Shown piece by piece: positions 27,749-39,700 of a DNA stretch of 64,000 bases. Position numbers and translations under genes: made by a program. The notes below the pieces were generated by a model. The model did no database searches, was not told the DNA's origin, and saw only the letters and a program-made list of their open reading frames with translations. Numbering within the stretch: the stretch's first letter is position 1; each line of letters opens with the position of its first letter. The stretch is from Amoebophrya sp. A120 (lineage: Eukaryota > Protista > Dinoflagellata): the NCBI GenBank assembly GCA_905178155.1, contig CAJINV010000007.1, positions 938,627 through 1,002,626 on the forward strand, in the 5' to 3' direction.

Positions 27749-30700
27749 ATGCGTCTCCGCAACACGGGCAAGCGTTCCGGGCAGAAAGAAGTCTGGTACA
27801 GCGACGCGCCGTATCCACAGTAAATTTCCCGTACACGTACAAACGCTAACGCAGCCTCTACATGACAAAACTGGGCTTCCATCCTAGTTTAGCATGACAA
27901 GTGTTACACTCCAAATAAGTGAAATTTGTGATGCATCTTGTACATGTACTACGGGTTAACGCTAGACCGCCTCTTGTGCTACTGATTTTTGATCAATTTT
28001 TGAAGCATTTGTGAAGAAAGCACTTTTTGAGAAAGCGAAGCTCCTGCCTGCTGTTTTTCGGGCTCGAAGTCCGCTGGTCGTGACGTTGCAGTCCTTGTTG
28101 CGACCCGACTCCACTCGCTTCCTCGTGCGGGCGCGTGGTGAATCGCGTGCACAATATTGCGTGTCATCCGCGGCAGTCGTGCGAAGCAACATCACGTCGC
28201 TCTGCGCCGCCCCTGAGTCAGCCTCTGAAGGATGGCTGGTTTGGATTCAGACGATCCTGAAACAGTCGCCACTTGTTGCGGGGAATCAACAAGAATGCCT
28301 CCGGTCAATTCGCCGGTAAGTGCAGCCGGTCCACAATTGTTGAGAAAGATCCACAATTGTTGAACGCAGTCACTTAGACTTGAAGACGGTCAAGATATTT
28401 TGACAGCAATCAAGCAATTTGTGACGGCAATCAAGCAATTTTTGACGGCAATCAAACAATTTTTGACGGCAATCAAGCATTTTGTGACGGCAATCAAACA
28501 ATTTTTGACGGCAATCAAGAAATTCTTGAAGAGAGTCAAAAAAAAGTCAAGTTCTGCGTCCCCTACTGTGGCGGTCAATTTTGACTTGCGTTTGACTCTT
28601 TTTTGACTCTCTTCAAGCGCTTTTTTTTGACGTGTCGGGATTTCGCTTCAGGTTCCGGCGTTCTCAAGATTCATCTGCAACCAAATGACGTTGGTTCGTC
28701 CGCGCCCTTTCGGCTTCGGGCGACCAACTCGCATGAAAAGCCCGGGGCGCGCGGCCCTTCGGGCCGCTAACTGTACTTCTGTAGCTGCATCCGTAGGATT
28801 GGAAGCCCACCTCTTATGGTGAGAGTTGTGGCGTTGGTGGTTACATACCACTGGGGACCGTCGCTCTTGTTAGCGGCTTGCCACACCAAGGGCTGTTTGG
28901 AAGCTACAGCCGATTTGACCTTGGCAGCTTCGTCTTTGCCATGTGTCGCGTTTTTGTCGCGTGACACCATCGGAACAAACCGCGACTTGGTAAAGCAGAA
29001 ATACCGCGCACGCAGGGAAACGGAACGCGCTTTGTTTGCCGTCGCGCCCCTGTTTCGGTTGTCGGGGGGCAGCCGGAAAGAGCTCGGAAAGTCGCTGTGC
29101 GTAGTGGGTCCATTTTCAAAATGGCCTTTCTTCACAAATTCGTCAAAAATGCTTCAAATTGAATTACACGACGGGACGGCTGAGGTTAACTACGGGAAAT
29201 TTGTCTTGCATACGCCGCCTCGGACACAGAAAATCAAAACAGACGATGGATCCATCCAGAAGGAGGAAATCGTGATCAAAACGTGGCAAAAACTCCCGTC
29301 CGACTTACTAGAAGAGTGGTGCACGAAGAAGAAACGGCCGAAACCACTGTACCTGCAAGCAAAATCCTTTCAGGAGAACGTCTTGCGGTTTCGGGTGATT
29401 TTGAGACCACCAGCGGTGAACCACAAGGGAGCAAGGAATGAGGACGAGGATGGTGCAGAACGAACTGCGATAACCGCACAGCAGGACGACTTGGTTTTTT
29501 CGCCGTTTGAGTCGACATTGAAGTCGAAAAAAGCGGTGATCGCGAAAGAGGAGGCCGCGATTGTGGCGTATTTCTGCGTTTTTACGAGCCCGGATCTGGC
29601 TCTGGTGGAAAAGGATGAACAGAAGGAGGTACAAAGTCAATAAATTTCCGTTTTTGACTACAGTGATTACTGCACATGAAATTGGTAGGCAAGTGCCTAA
29701 ATTTCGTCTCGTGGGATGGCAGTCGGCCCCCTCTGCATTTACTTATTAGCCAGCAGTATATCTATTGTTTCAGGTCCGATAAAAGAATGAAGTGCTCCTA
29801 TCATGATGTAAGCAACAGTTTCAACAAAGCATAGTTCACTCGGATTTTGCGAGCCTTCTGGCTTGCGCCGGTGACGATGCCAAACTTTCACTCTACCAAC
29901 GCTGATAAGTTTATACGAGAGCCACATGAGCAGATAGATGTAGAGCTGATCTGCATTCTTGCAGGATGAGAATTATACAAAAGTTTTGTCTTGCGCAAAA
30001 GATCATTACAATGATGCAGACAACAGTTTTCATCTCACAAGCATAGTTCACTCGGACCATTGCGCGTGACGAACAATAACTTTTCACTCTACCAACGCTG
30101 ATAGAAGCAAATCTGTATTGCTGGATGTACGAAAGTGAAGGCTCTGTCTTGCGCAACCCGCATGATGAACAAGACGAATGCAAATATGATGGCTACAATG
30201 ATGCAGACAACAGTTTTCTCACAAGCATAGTTCACTCGGACGAATGTGTGTGACGAAGAATAACTTTTCACTCTACCAACGCTGATCTGGCTTCAAATGC
30301 GAATTTCTATTGCGCAAGACAGAGAAGTAATCTAAGCCTTGTTTAGTTTCCTTTATGTGCTGCATCTGCTGCACTAGCATTACGAAAGTACTGCTCGATA
30401 TTCCACCCACCACAACACAGCACGCCAAAGCGGCCAAAAACCGGCGTTTCGTCCCCTCCGTTTCCGAGAAATTGCACCAGAGTCCTGAGTTCGCCGAAGT
30501 GCTCCGCGTTCTACCGGACCCCTGGAAGGGCTTCTGGTACCACATGGCGAAGGGGACGAAGGGGTGCATGCAGGTGGAGCGCTGGCTCTCTGCGCCGGGG
30601 AACGACGGGAAAGATGGCAGTGATGACGATGAAGACGAACAATCTGGTGCGCAAAGCGGTACTGCGAGTGCTTCTTCGTACAAGGCCCCTGTCATCCAGA

Positions 30701-33700
30701 AGCCGCTCTCCGCAGCTGGAGCAGCTGCAACGGCAGCGAATACGGCGAAACAGCCCGAGGTGGTGATCTTGAACAAAATCACCCGGCTATGAGAGTGCAC
30801 AACTTCCCTTCCCCCTCATTTGTGTGGCATAAACAGCAATACAAGCGTCGACAAGAGTTCAGGTTTTGCATGACAATGTCACCGAGGATTGTAGTGCTGT
30901 TTGAGGTATTCCAGAACTTGTCATGCAAAAAGTGCCAAGGGGCAAAGGGTGGATTTGGAATTTTGCATTACACATGACGGGGAGGGGGAGTTGTGCACTC
31001 TCATACCGGGCGCAGGAGACCGAGCGGGAATTCTTCGCGGAGCAGGCCGTATCCTGTGCAACGGTATCGTACTCGTACTAGGTGCGTTTATGCATTACAA
31101 ATCTCCATCCCAAGGTAAAACAGCATGGCAAATGGGTTTGTCTTCATGCTGAGCTAATTTGTATTGCAATTACTACTAGTACGATACAGTTGCAGTTCAT
31201 AGGCGGTCCAGCCCATCTATTTTGCGAAGAAATTGAGGAAAGAAGCGCTGAAGGCTTTGCGAGTCGAACAGGAACTGGAAGACCAGTCTGCTGCGTGGCT
31301 TGAGAAGTTGAAAGAATACGAGAAGGAAGAACTGTTGGAGGACGGAGAAGACGTTCTTGATGACGCCGCCTCTACCGCACCATCTACCGCCGCTCAGTCG
31401 TCGTTGCTCGGATTGTCTAAAATTGAAGAACAGCTGGAGAATAAACGGATCCAAAAGCTGTTGAAACACTACGTTCTCAAAGTCGGTTTTGATCCAAGAG
31501 ACGTGATTGCTGCGATTTTGATGACGAAATCCGGGACGGATGAAGAGGTGCAGACGTTTTTGTCAACAAACATACCCGAGGAGTTTTTGCCGGAAGAGTT
31601 TAAGGTCCGAGGGCAATTTCAGACGTATGCGAAACTGAGTTCCACTTTCAATCCGGCAGATAGAACGAATCATGCAGCCGGAAGTACAACGGCTCTTGCA
31701 CCGACGCCGGGCAACAAAAACGATGCCAGCGCTACCGGTAGTACAACTAGTACATCAAAGAAGAACAAAAACTTCGAAAAGTTCCGGGACGAAATCGAAG
31801 CGCAACTGGCTCCCTTGATTGCCAAGGAGGGAAAGTTTGGATTTTTGGGTTTGTGGAAACGGTACGAGGATGAAAACGAGAATGAGATGAAAAACAAGCA
31901 GCTGAAGTCCGACCACGAGCTGATCGCGATCGACACGGGAAAATCGGGACTGGTTTCACAGCATTTAGGGGCGGGAGGGAACACATCGGGCGACCGCAAG
32001 CTTGCGAAGCATCTGAATTCGCAGCAGAATAATTCGGTGATTCGTGGTACTATCGGAGCAGCAGCTGCTAAGTCGCCCAGCACGAAAACGTCAGGCACTT
32101 TTAGATATCAAGTGCAAAAATGTCTGGGTCTGGAAGAATGCATGTCTGTTGGTTGGTTGGTTGGATAGCGCCTGTCGCCGGTGCAGGTCCCGCCCTCCAT
32201 CGATTGCGATCCGGAGTAGCCGGAACTCAAGGCCCTAGTGGCACAATCGATCGACGAAGCCCTTTATAACCAGGTCACAGTCATCCGGCTGCCCTGGAGT
32301 CATTCGCGGGCCAGGCAACGTCTAGGAGCTACGGATTACTTAGGGATCTTGATGGGCGAGACAGGTCACAGTCATCCGCCTTCATATTCGCATGCTTGTC
32401 TGGCATGACTCTTAAAAATCTGTCATGTACCTTACCCAAGAGCTCCATTTTTCTGTGATGCAGAAACGCAGCCTGTCATGCAGAATAGGCAACACCTAGA
32501 AGCTCAGAGACTTGCCATGCTGAGCCAGCATGTGTGGCCTCATCATGAGACGCCACCCAGCATCACAAGTTTCCAGACCCAGACATTTTTACATTGGATA
32601 TTAGACCCTCAAGCAGAACAGAACCCTTGAAAAACAGTTCGGATATCCTGTGCAAAAGTATCGTACTCGTATAAATGCAAGTCTTGCGTCACAAATCCTT
32701 TTCTTAACGTAAATCCGCATGACAGATTTTATTTCTCACGCTGAGGCAATTTGTAATGCATTTATACGAGTGCGTGCTCAATATATCCCACCAAAAAAAT
32801 CGATCATACTCATACAGGGCCGCAAAAAGCCCAAAAATCGCTATTTTTTCAATTTTTTATTTTCAAAAATTTTTCGCGGTGTCCGGCAGACCCGGGCAGC
32901 CGCTTCTGTTTTGGTGCTCTTATGACGTAAATATTGCGCGGCCTATCTTCTTTGGCTGCTTGGAGTAGTTTCGCTACTCCAGCAACTAAGAGGCGGCAGC
33001 AGGCCGAGTAGCTATGAGGAGGCGGATGCTACTCCAATAGGGCCGTCAGACAAACCACAAAGAAGATGGCGCAACTACTGGAGACCAATACCATTGCGCG
33101 GCCCTGTCCCATTGATTTCGTTGGCGTTATGGCCATGGGCCTGCATTTCTGGGCACATGCCGAGGAGCCCGATACCCCGCCTTGGCCTTACTTACCACCA
33201 GCTCCTCGTCGGGATTTTAACTGCTTTGCCCCCCCCCAGACCGGCAACGCCGTCCAATCTGGAGAGACTGCTCGCGCACTTTCTGGCCCCAGATGAGCTA
33301 AGGCAAAGTGGGCACATGATTGGCCTCGAAAAGACGGCCATTGCATGCGGATCAAAAAAATCGATCATATCACTTTCGGGCGCCGGAGACCTCTTCCGGG
33401 CCGCCCCATCAGCGGAGTCGATTTGCTGAACTTCCACAGCTGAATTTGGCAAGATTTTCGCACTTTTTCGAAGTTCGAAAAAATGCCGATTTTCGATATG
33501 ATCGATCGGCCTCAAAAAATGGCCGTTAGCTCGGTCCCAAAAAAATAGATCATACATTTTTGCGAGTATGATTAATGCCATTTTTTCACTTTTTTCAAAT
33601 TTTCTAAAAGAAAATGGCAGCTTTTGGCATATGATCAATTTTTTTGGGCCGCTGCTATGGTGAAAAATTTGCAAATTTACAGTTTTTGAAAAAACGCCAA

Positions 33701-36700
33701 TCGCGGTGCTACGGCGCAGGTCAGCAAATATGATCGATTCCGGACTCAGCTCGTGCTAAAAAAAATTGATCATACCGCAAAAGCTGTCAGCTTTTGCCGA
33801 TTTTGCCACGTTTTGTTGGCCGTTTTTCCACGTTCTCCGCACTGAAAATTGCTGTTTGAGATGGCCTTTTTTGGTCCCGTCCCTGGTCGATCGCTCTGGC
33901 GGCGATCCTGTGGAGGCGTGCCAGAGGATGCCACCGGAGGTCTGCCCAAGAACCCCAGAACGCCTCAAAATAGAAGGCCCAGCCCTTAGGCTTTTGCGCG
34001 GCCCCCAGCACAACCCATGCATGTTTGTCGCAGCACCGTCTCAGCGGGGCTAGAGCTGGCATCCTGAAGGCCATTCCTTTCCTCCTGGGCCGAGCATGTG
34101 CCAGGCTGCGTGGATCCTTTGCCTCCATCCATGTGACAGGCTTGGGAGCGGGAGTTATGAGAGACAAGCGCCCGACGGCGGGGCCGGTAGGTGAGGAGGG
34201 GCTTGGACCGGTAAGAGGGGGCCGGCAAGAGGCCGAAGAGCAGAGCCAGGACAATTGTCGCGGGCGACATATCCGCGCCAGTCGCCTCCTCGTAGCTAGT
34301 TGAACTACTACAGGCAGCCAGTCCAGAGCTCAGCAACGTTGCCGCCCAAGCAGAATGCTCCAGGCCTTACCTCCAAGCCATGCAAATTTTCCGCCGAAAA
34401 AGAAAAATCGCTGCCGAAATACAGGATTTTTGTTAAAAAAGCGCAGGCTTTTTTCAAAAAAGTAGCATTTTTTGTGTCTTGAATTCGGCCAAATATGAGT
34501 ATGATCGATTTTTTTAGTGCGATACAATACTTTTGCAGTTCATATCGGATCATCAGGCACAAAACGACTACAACGGCTCTGCCAGCAGCAGCGCAAGTAG
34601 CTCTTCTGGGAAAGACAATCGAGCTGCGGGAATAAAAAAAGAGCACCCGTCGGTACGGATAAAAGGGTGGGCGAAATCTTTCCTGCAGTCTCGCGAGCAC
34701 CAGAACGGACAGCAGGTGGAGCACTTTTTGCAGATCATCGAGATGTTTAGCGCAGGGATAAGTCTGGATAACGCGGGAGCAGCCGCGCGACATACAGTGG
34801 ACCACGGCCCAGATCAATATCAAAACGAAATCGCCACCGGTCTCGATTCCTGCTGCGAAATTTTTCAAGCCGAGAACTTGAGCGAGGCTTTTGTTGAGAA
34901 CTTTCGGAGGAAATGGAAGCAGGAATTTGAGGAAAGTGCCAAGGAAATAAATCATGACGACGAGGAGTTAGACGACCCTCCGATCGAATCTGACGACACG
35001 ACCCCTGCTGCGCATCATGATGGCGAGGGAAGTTCCTCCGCGACCTCTAGCTCAAGTGCGGTTTTTACGAAAACAGGGGCCGCAATGACGAGCAGGCAGA
35101 ACGACGACGACGACAACGACCTTAGGACGAAGCCGAAAGAGCAAGTTTTTACGAACGAGCGGTTTCTGAAAGACTACCGCTACGTATGACAGTGCACAGC
35201 TCCCCCTCCCCCTCATTTGTATTGCATGAACAGCAATACAAGCATCAGCAAAAATGCCGGCTTTGCATGACAAATCTACACTGGATTGCCATGCCATTTG
35301 GACTACCAGAACTTGTCATGCAAACAATGCCAAGAGGCAAAGGGTAGATTGGGTATTTTGCATGACAAATGAGGGTGTTCCGGGCTGTGCTTTGTGCACC
35401 CCTCGGACCCCGCACCCCCCCGGGCTTTAGTCGCGCAGTCTGTTAAGCATGACAAATGAGGGGGAGGGGGAGTTGTGCACTGTCATACTACGAGTACGGC
35501 AGTTGGTTTCAGGGGAGTCCGTACTTCGGCATGGAGGTGCAGGAGCTTTGCACCACAGACAGCAGCGCGTCAACGTCTCATGGCGAAGCTAGCATGACAA
35601 ATAGCAGTGCCTATGGGGAAGTTAGCATGACAAATCATGCTTCAACACAAATAAACGTAGAAGAGCCGGATTGGAACGACCCGGGGTGGTGGTGGGACAA
35701 AAAACAGAAAAAATGGAGGCACGAAGCGATGGAAAAGGCTGCTAAGGCAGCAAAGCAGAAATCCGGCGCTTCATCTCATCCTACTAGCAAAAGCAACACA
35801 GGCGCTGCACCGTCGTCCACCTCCTCTGCACATCGCTCTCTGATCAACAACCCAGCGGTTCTAAATTCCCTGAAACACCGCGGCAACAAGGATCTCCCCG
35901 CGTTCAAAATGAAGCAGAAATTTCGGGAGTTGGTTATGACCCGCTCAAACATTTACAATTTCAAACGTTAGAGTAGAATCAGGATTTTGTCTTGCATTAC
36001 GAGCATGACAGACCCGCACAGCGTTCCACTTTCTGCAATACAAATTTCGCCAGAGATTTTAGTGCGGTTTGGGACTTCCGAACTTGTCATGCGCAATCCC
36101 ATGAGACGAGTTGGCTAGGTCATGCACTTCTTGCATCACAGACTTCCAGACTCTATTGCAACGCTTGAGATTTTTGTAACACCTGAGCAGGTTATATTGG
36201 TCGCTGAGCAGGACGTCACGCTGGTTCTCGGGCAAACCGGTTGCGGAAAATCGACACAACTGCCCCAGTTTCTTCAGGGCAACATCGTCTGTACGCAGCC
36301 ACGGAAGCTCGCGGCGATCTCGTTAGCGCAACGGGTTGCGAGCGAACGGGGGGAAAGTCTGGTACAGCAGAGCAGCGGCGCCGGCGTAGTTAATAGGGCC
36401 ACTAGCAACACAAATTCCGTGGGCTACTGCGTTCGTGGGGATGTGAATATTCCCAAAACGACGGAACTGGTTTTCTGCACTGTGGGTGTGTTGATCAGAA
36501 AGTTGCTGGAAGACAACATAGACTTCACCCACTTGGTCATCGACGAGGCGCACGAAAGGCTATGCAATGCAAAAATGTCGTAGTAACTCATACTAGTAAA
36601 TCGCAGTCATGCATTACAAATCTGTTCATCAAGGTAAAACCGCATTACAAATTCCATTTCTAATGCTGACCAAAATTTGTAATGCGAGTTCCACTAGTAC

Positions 36701-39700
36701 GATGCTTTTGCATTTCATAAAGGTCGCTCGACATCGATTTCTTGCTCATGCTGGTCGCGAACCACTTCCGGCATTGCAGGAATTCGTCTGCAGCTACTTC
36801 GGGAGCAGGTGGTGCATCTTCTTCAAAGCCGAAATTCAAATTGATCATCATGTCGGCAACGCTAGATCAGAACATTTTCGACATGTTCCCGGACAGCAAG
36901 CGATTGGAAATTCCTGGTAGAACCTTCCCGGTGGAAACGTATTACGCAAGAGAGTTTCTGAACAACTATGATTTGACAAAACCCAACTCCGAAATCGACT
37001 ATGAGGGCATTGCGAGGTGTGTCCACCTGGTTAGGAACCACGGGAAGTTTGATCATTGGGAATTTTTGGAACAAGAGCAAGACGATGAAGTCGAAAATTA
37101 TAATCCGGACAAAAAAAATCAGTATCAACAAGGCGAGAAAATCTTCAAGGGCAAGGGGAAAAACGAAGGGAAAAGAAAATTCCGGAGAAGGTATGGGAAA
37201 GCAATCTTGATTTTCATGCCTGGTGTCGGGGAGATCAACAAGATGTGCCGGGTTTTGAAAGGGGAAGACAGGGATTTTCGCATGATTGACGAGGGGGACA
37301 ACAGCATGACGGCGCTGCCGTGTGATTCTGTTTTACCCCTTCACGCCTCCTTACCCCAGTTCGAGCAGAAAAAATGCTTCAAGGTTTTCGATGGGAAAGT
37401 GGTGATTTCTACGAATGTGTGCGAAACCTCCATCACGATCCCGGATGTGACCTGTGTAATTGACTGCTGCCGGGAGAAAAGGTTGACGCTACGGAAGCCG
37501 GGGGACTCGGTCGATGGGGATGTGGGGAGAACTACAGAGATGCTGAACACTAGTAATTCCAACACCTCTGACGCGCTCGACGACGACACCATCGATTTTT
37601 TGCAATCTTCGGCTAGCGAAATGCAAACCTTGCGGCTTCCGGTCTTGCAAGAAAAGTTCTGCAGCAAGGCGAGCATCGAACAAAGAAAAGGGCGCGCGGG
37701 TCGCGTGCAGCCGGGGATTTGCATACGCATGATTAGTCGGTCGTATGCGGAGAAAAAGTTGGAAGCGATATCAACATGAAAAATCCCCCCTCCCCATATC
37801 AAAATAAAAATTTGTGATGCTGATTTGTGCGTGTGCCCAGTTATTGCCCTTGGGCATCTCCCACACCAGACCGCCACAGACGACCGCAAGTTCTTCTTAC
37901 AGAGCAAGGACCGCCCCCCGAACTCCTCTGGAACCTTCTACCACATGAGCACATCAGTACACGGCTAACAGTCTCGACAGCCGAAGCGTTCGATATCCCG
38001 AACGTGTATTGGCAAAACCAGTCTTCACACGGGATATTCCATCCACGCCGGTTCTACGACTCGTCGTTGTTCGGAACTCCGTCCCCGGTGCGTGTACGTC
38101 GCGCAGAGCTTCAAGCTGATTGGGTTGAACAAAATCGACTTCTCGACGATATTTTCACCCATACAACTGCTGCGGCTACCGCTTCAGCTTCATACACTTC
38201 TTCGGATTGCGAAGCGGCCACTTCGTCTACAACTACTGCACCGCAGAGCCCATTTGTGGCTTCTACTCCAGAAAAACAGGTCGTAGATCGCACTAACTGG
38301 TCCATCCGACAAATCGAAAAAGATTACTTCCCGAGATCGGGCGCGGCTCGTGCAACGAACCAGTAGGGCGGGTGATTCCTTCACACTAGCGCCATGCTCG
38401 GTCCTGGTCAAGCAGGTTCGATGTTTGCGTTCAATTACGACGAGTGGCTGGCGCAGCAAGAGCATCGATCTCGCGGCAACAGTGCTTTTCAACCAGTGCA
38501 GTCCGACTCGGAGTCTCCCTACCGGGGTCACCTGGAGGCGCCTGAAAGTCCTTCGCTCGGGAATAATATCGTCAAGCAGCTGCAGTTTGACGATGACGAC
38601 GATCCGGTGGCACAGGAGGCAGACCTATCTGCTTGCCCTCCGGAAAATCCATTTTTACCACACCTAGCGGCCTCTCTGCAGTCGGATGACGGGTCGCCGT
38701 TGCCATTATTGCCATCTTTAGTAGTGGAACAGTTGCCGACGGTGTACATGGGTCCGCTCTTAGATTTCGTCGAACAGTCGGTGCTCCGCGACATCGAGAC
38801 AAACAATCCGCTCGTCGCGTCACCGGTGCAGGATGCAGCAGAGCCATGGTGGCAGAGAAACAAGACCTCCACTCTCCAAATCCAGGACCGGGAGCGCAAC
38901 TGGGTTCCCACTGAGTGGGAATTGTTGCACTACCCACCTTCCTTACCGCTGTCCCCTACTGACCTGATCCGACCACTGCCGTACAACTTCAACGGAGCCG
39001 ATGCGCTGCAGTTCCCACTGGTGAACCCGTTCGAGTTCTCGGAACTACGATTTGTGGATGACAAGCTGAAGTACGCGGAACGGGCTTCGATTTTCCAGAT
39101 CGAAAAGTACGAAAGTCGCTATTTCCCGTCTGCTGGCAGGTTAAGCGACATCCCCAGCAGTAGTAGTAGCCAGGCGTTCGTAGCTCCGGCAGATGAAACC
39201 AATCTCATGGCGGATCCTGCAATGGTGATGTCGGAGCCAGCTTCAGAACCAGCCCCACAACGAAGACGGCTCAATCCAGGAGTCGGATCTGGACCCGTGC
39301 AGCGCAGTCATCAGCCGGCTCGCTGGACCCCGACCCCGACGGCATCGGAGTTAAGCCGGATGGCCCGGGGCGTGCAGTAACCGCCGGGCCCTACACAACT
39401 TCTAACAAACCCTTACACGGTTTTCGACCGACCTATCAACGGACATGCTCCTCGTGACGACCTTCAGCGCGATTTTTACACACCGTTTCCTACAAGCAGT
39501 TTATCCACCATTTAATTTTCTTCTAACAGATGCGCAACTTTCTTCTCATGCAGGTGCTTCACATTTCCAGTATGACACTGCAGCACGACAGCCAGTTTTT
39601 CTTGGCCAACTTTGACTTCCAGCGGATACCAGAAATAAAAAGACATGCCAGACAACCAGAAGGCAACTAACACCCACTACCAGCTAATGCGCCTGAAAAT

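Larger units (their letters stand above)
27812..29212. mobile_element. Introner family D carrying a 1.2-kb insertion
   Basis: TIR; DR cgccg. Confidence 0.85.
29629..30420 (+). other. Canonical GT-AG intron hosting snoRNA cluster
   Basis: GTACAA...ACACAG; phase 0, in frame. Confidence 0.7.

Noticed and set aside
28398-28520. CRISPR-like array and LIAVKNC repeat ORFs
   Set aside because: Head-to-tail 21-bp repeats with no unique spacers; the ORFs are by-products of the repeat.
29798-30288. CRISPR or simple tandem duplication
   Set aside because: Conserved blocks correspond to C/D boxes and rRNA-antisense guides, which a snoRNA cluster explains better.
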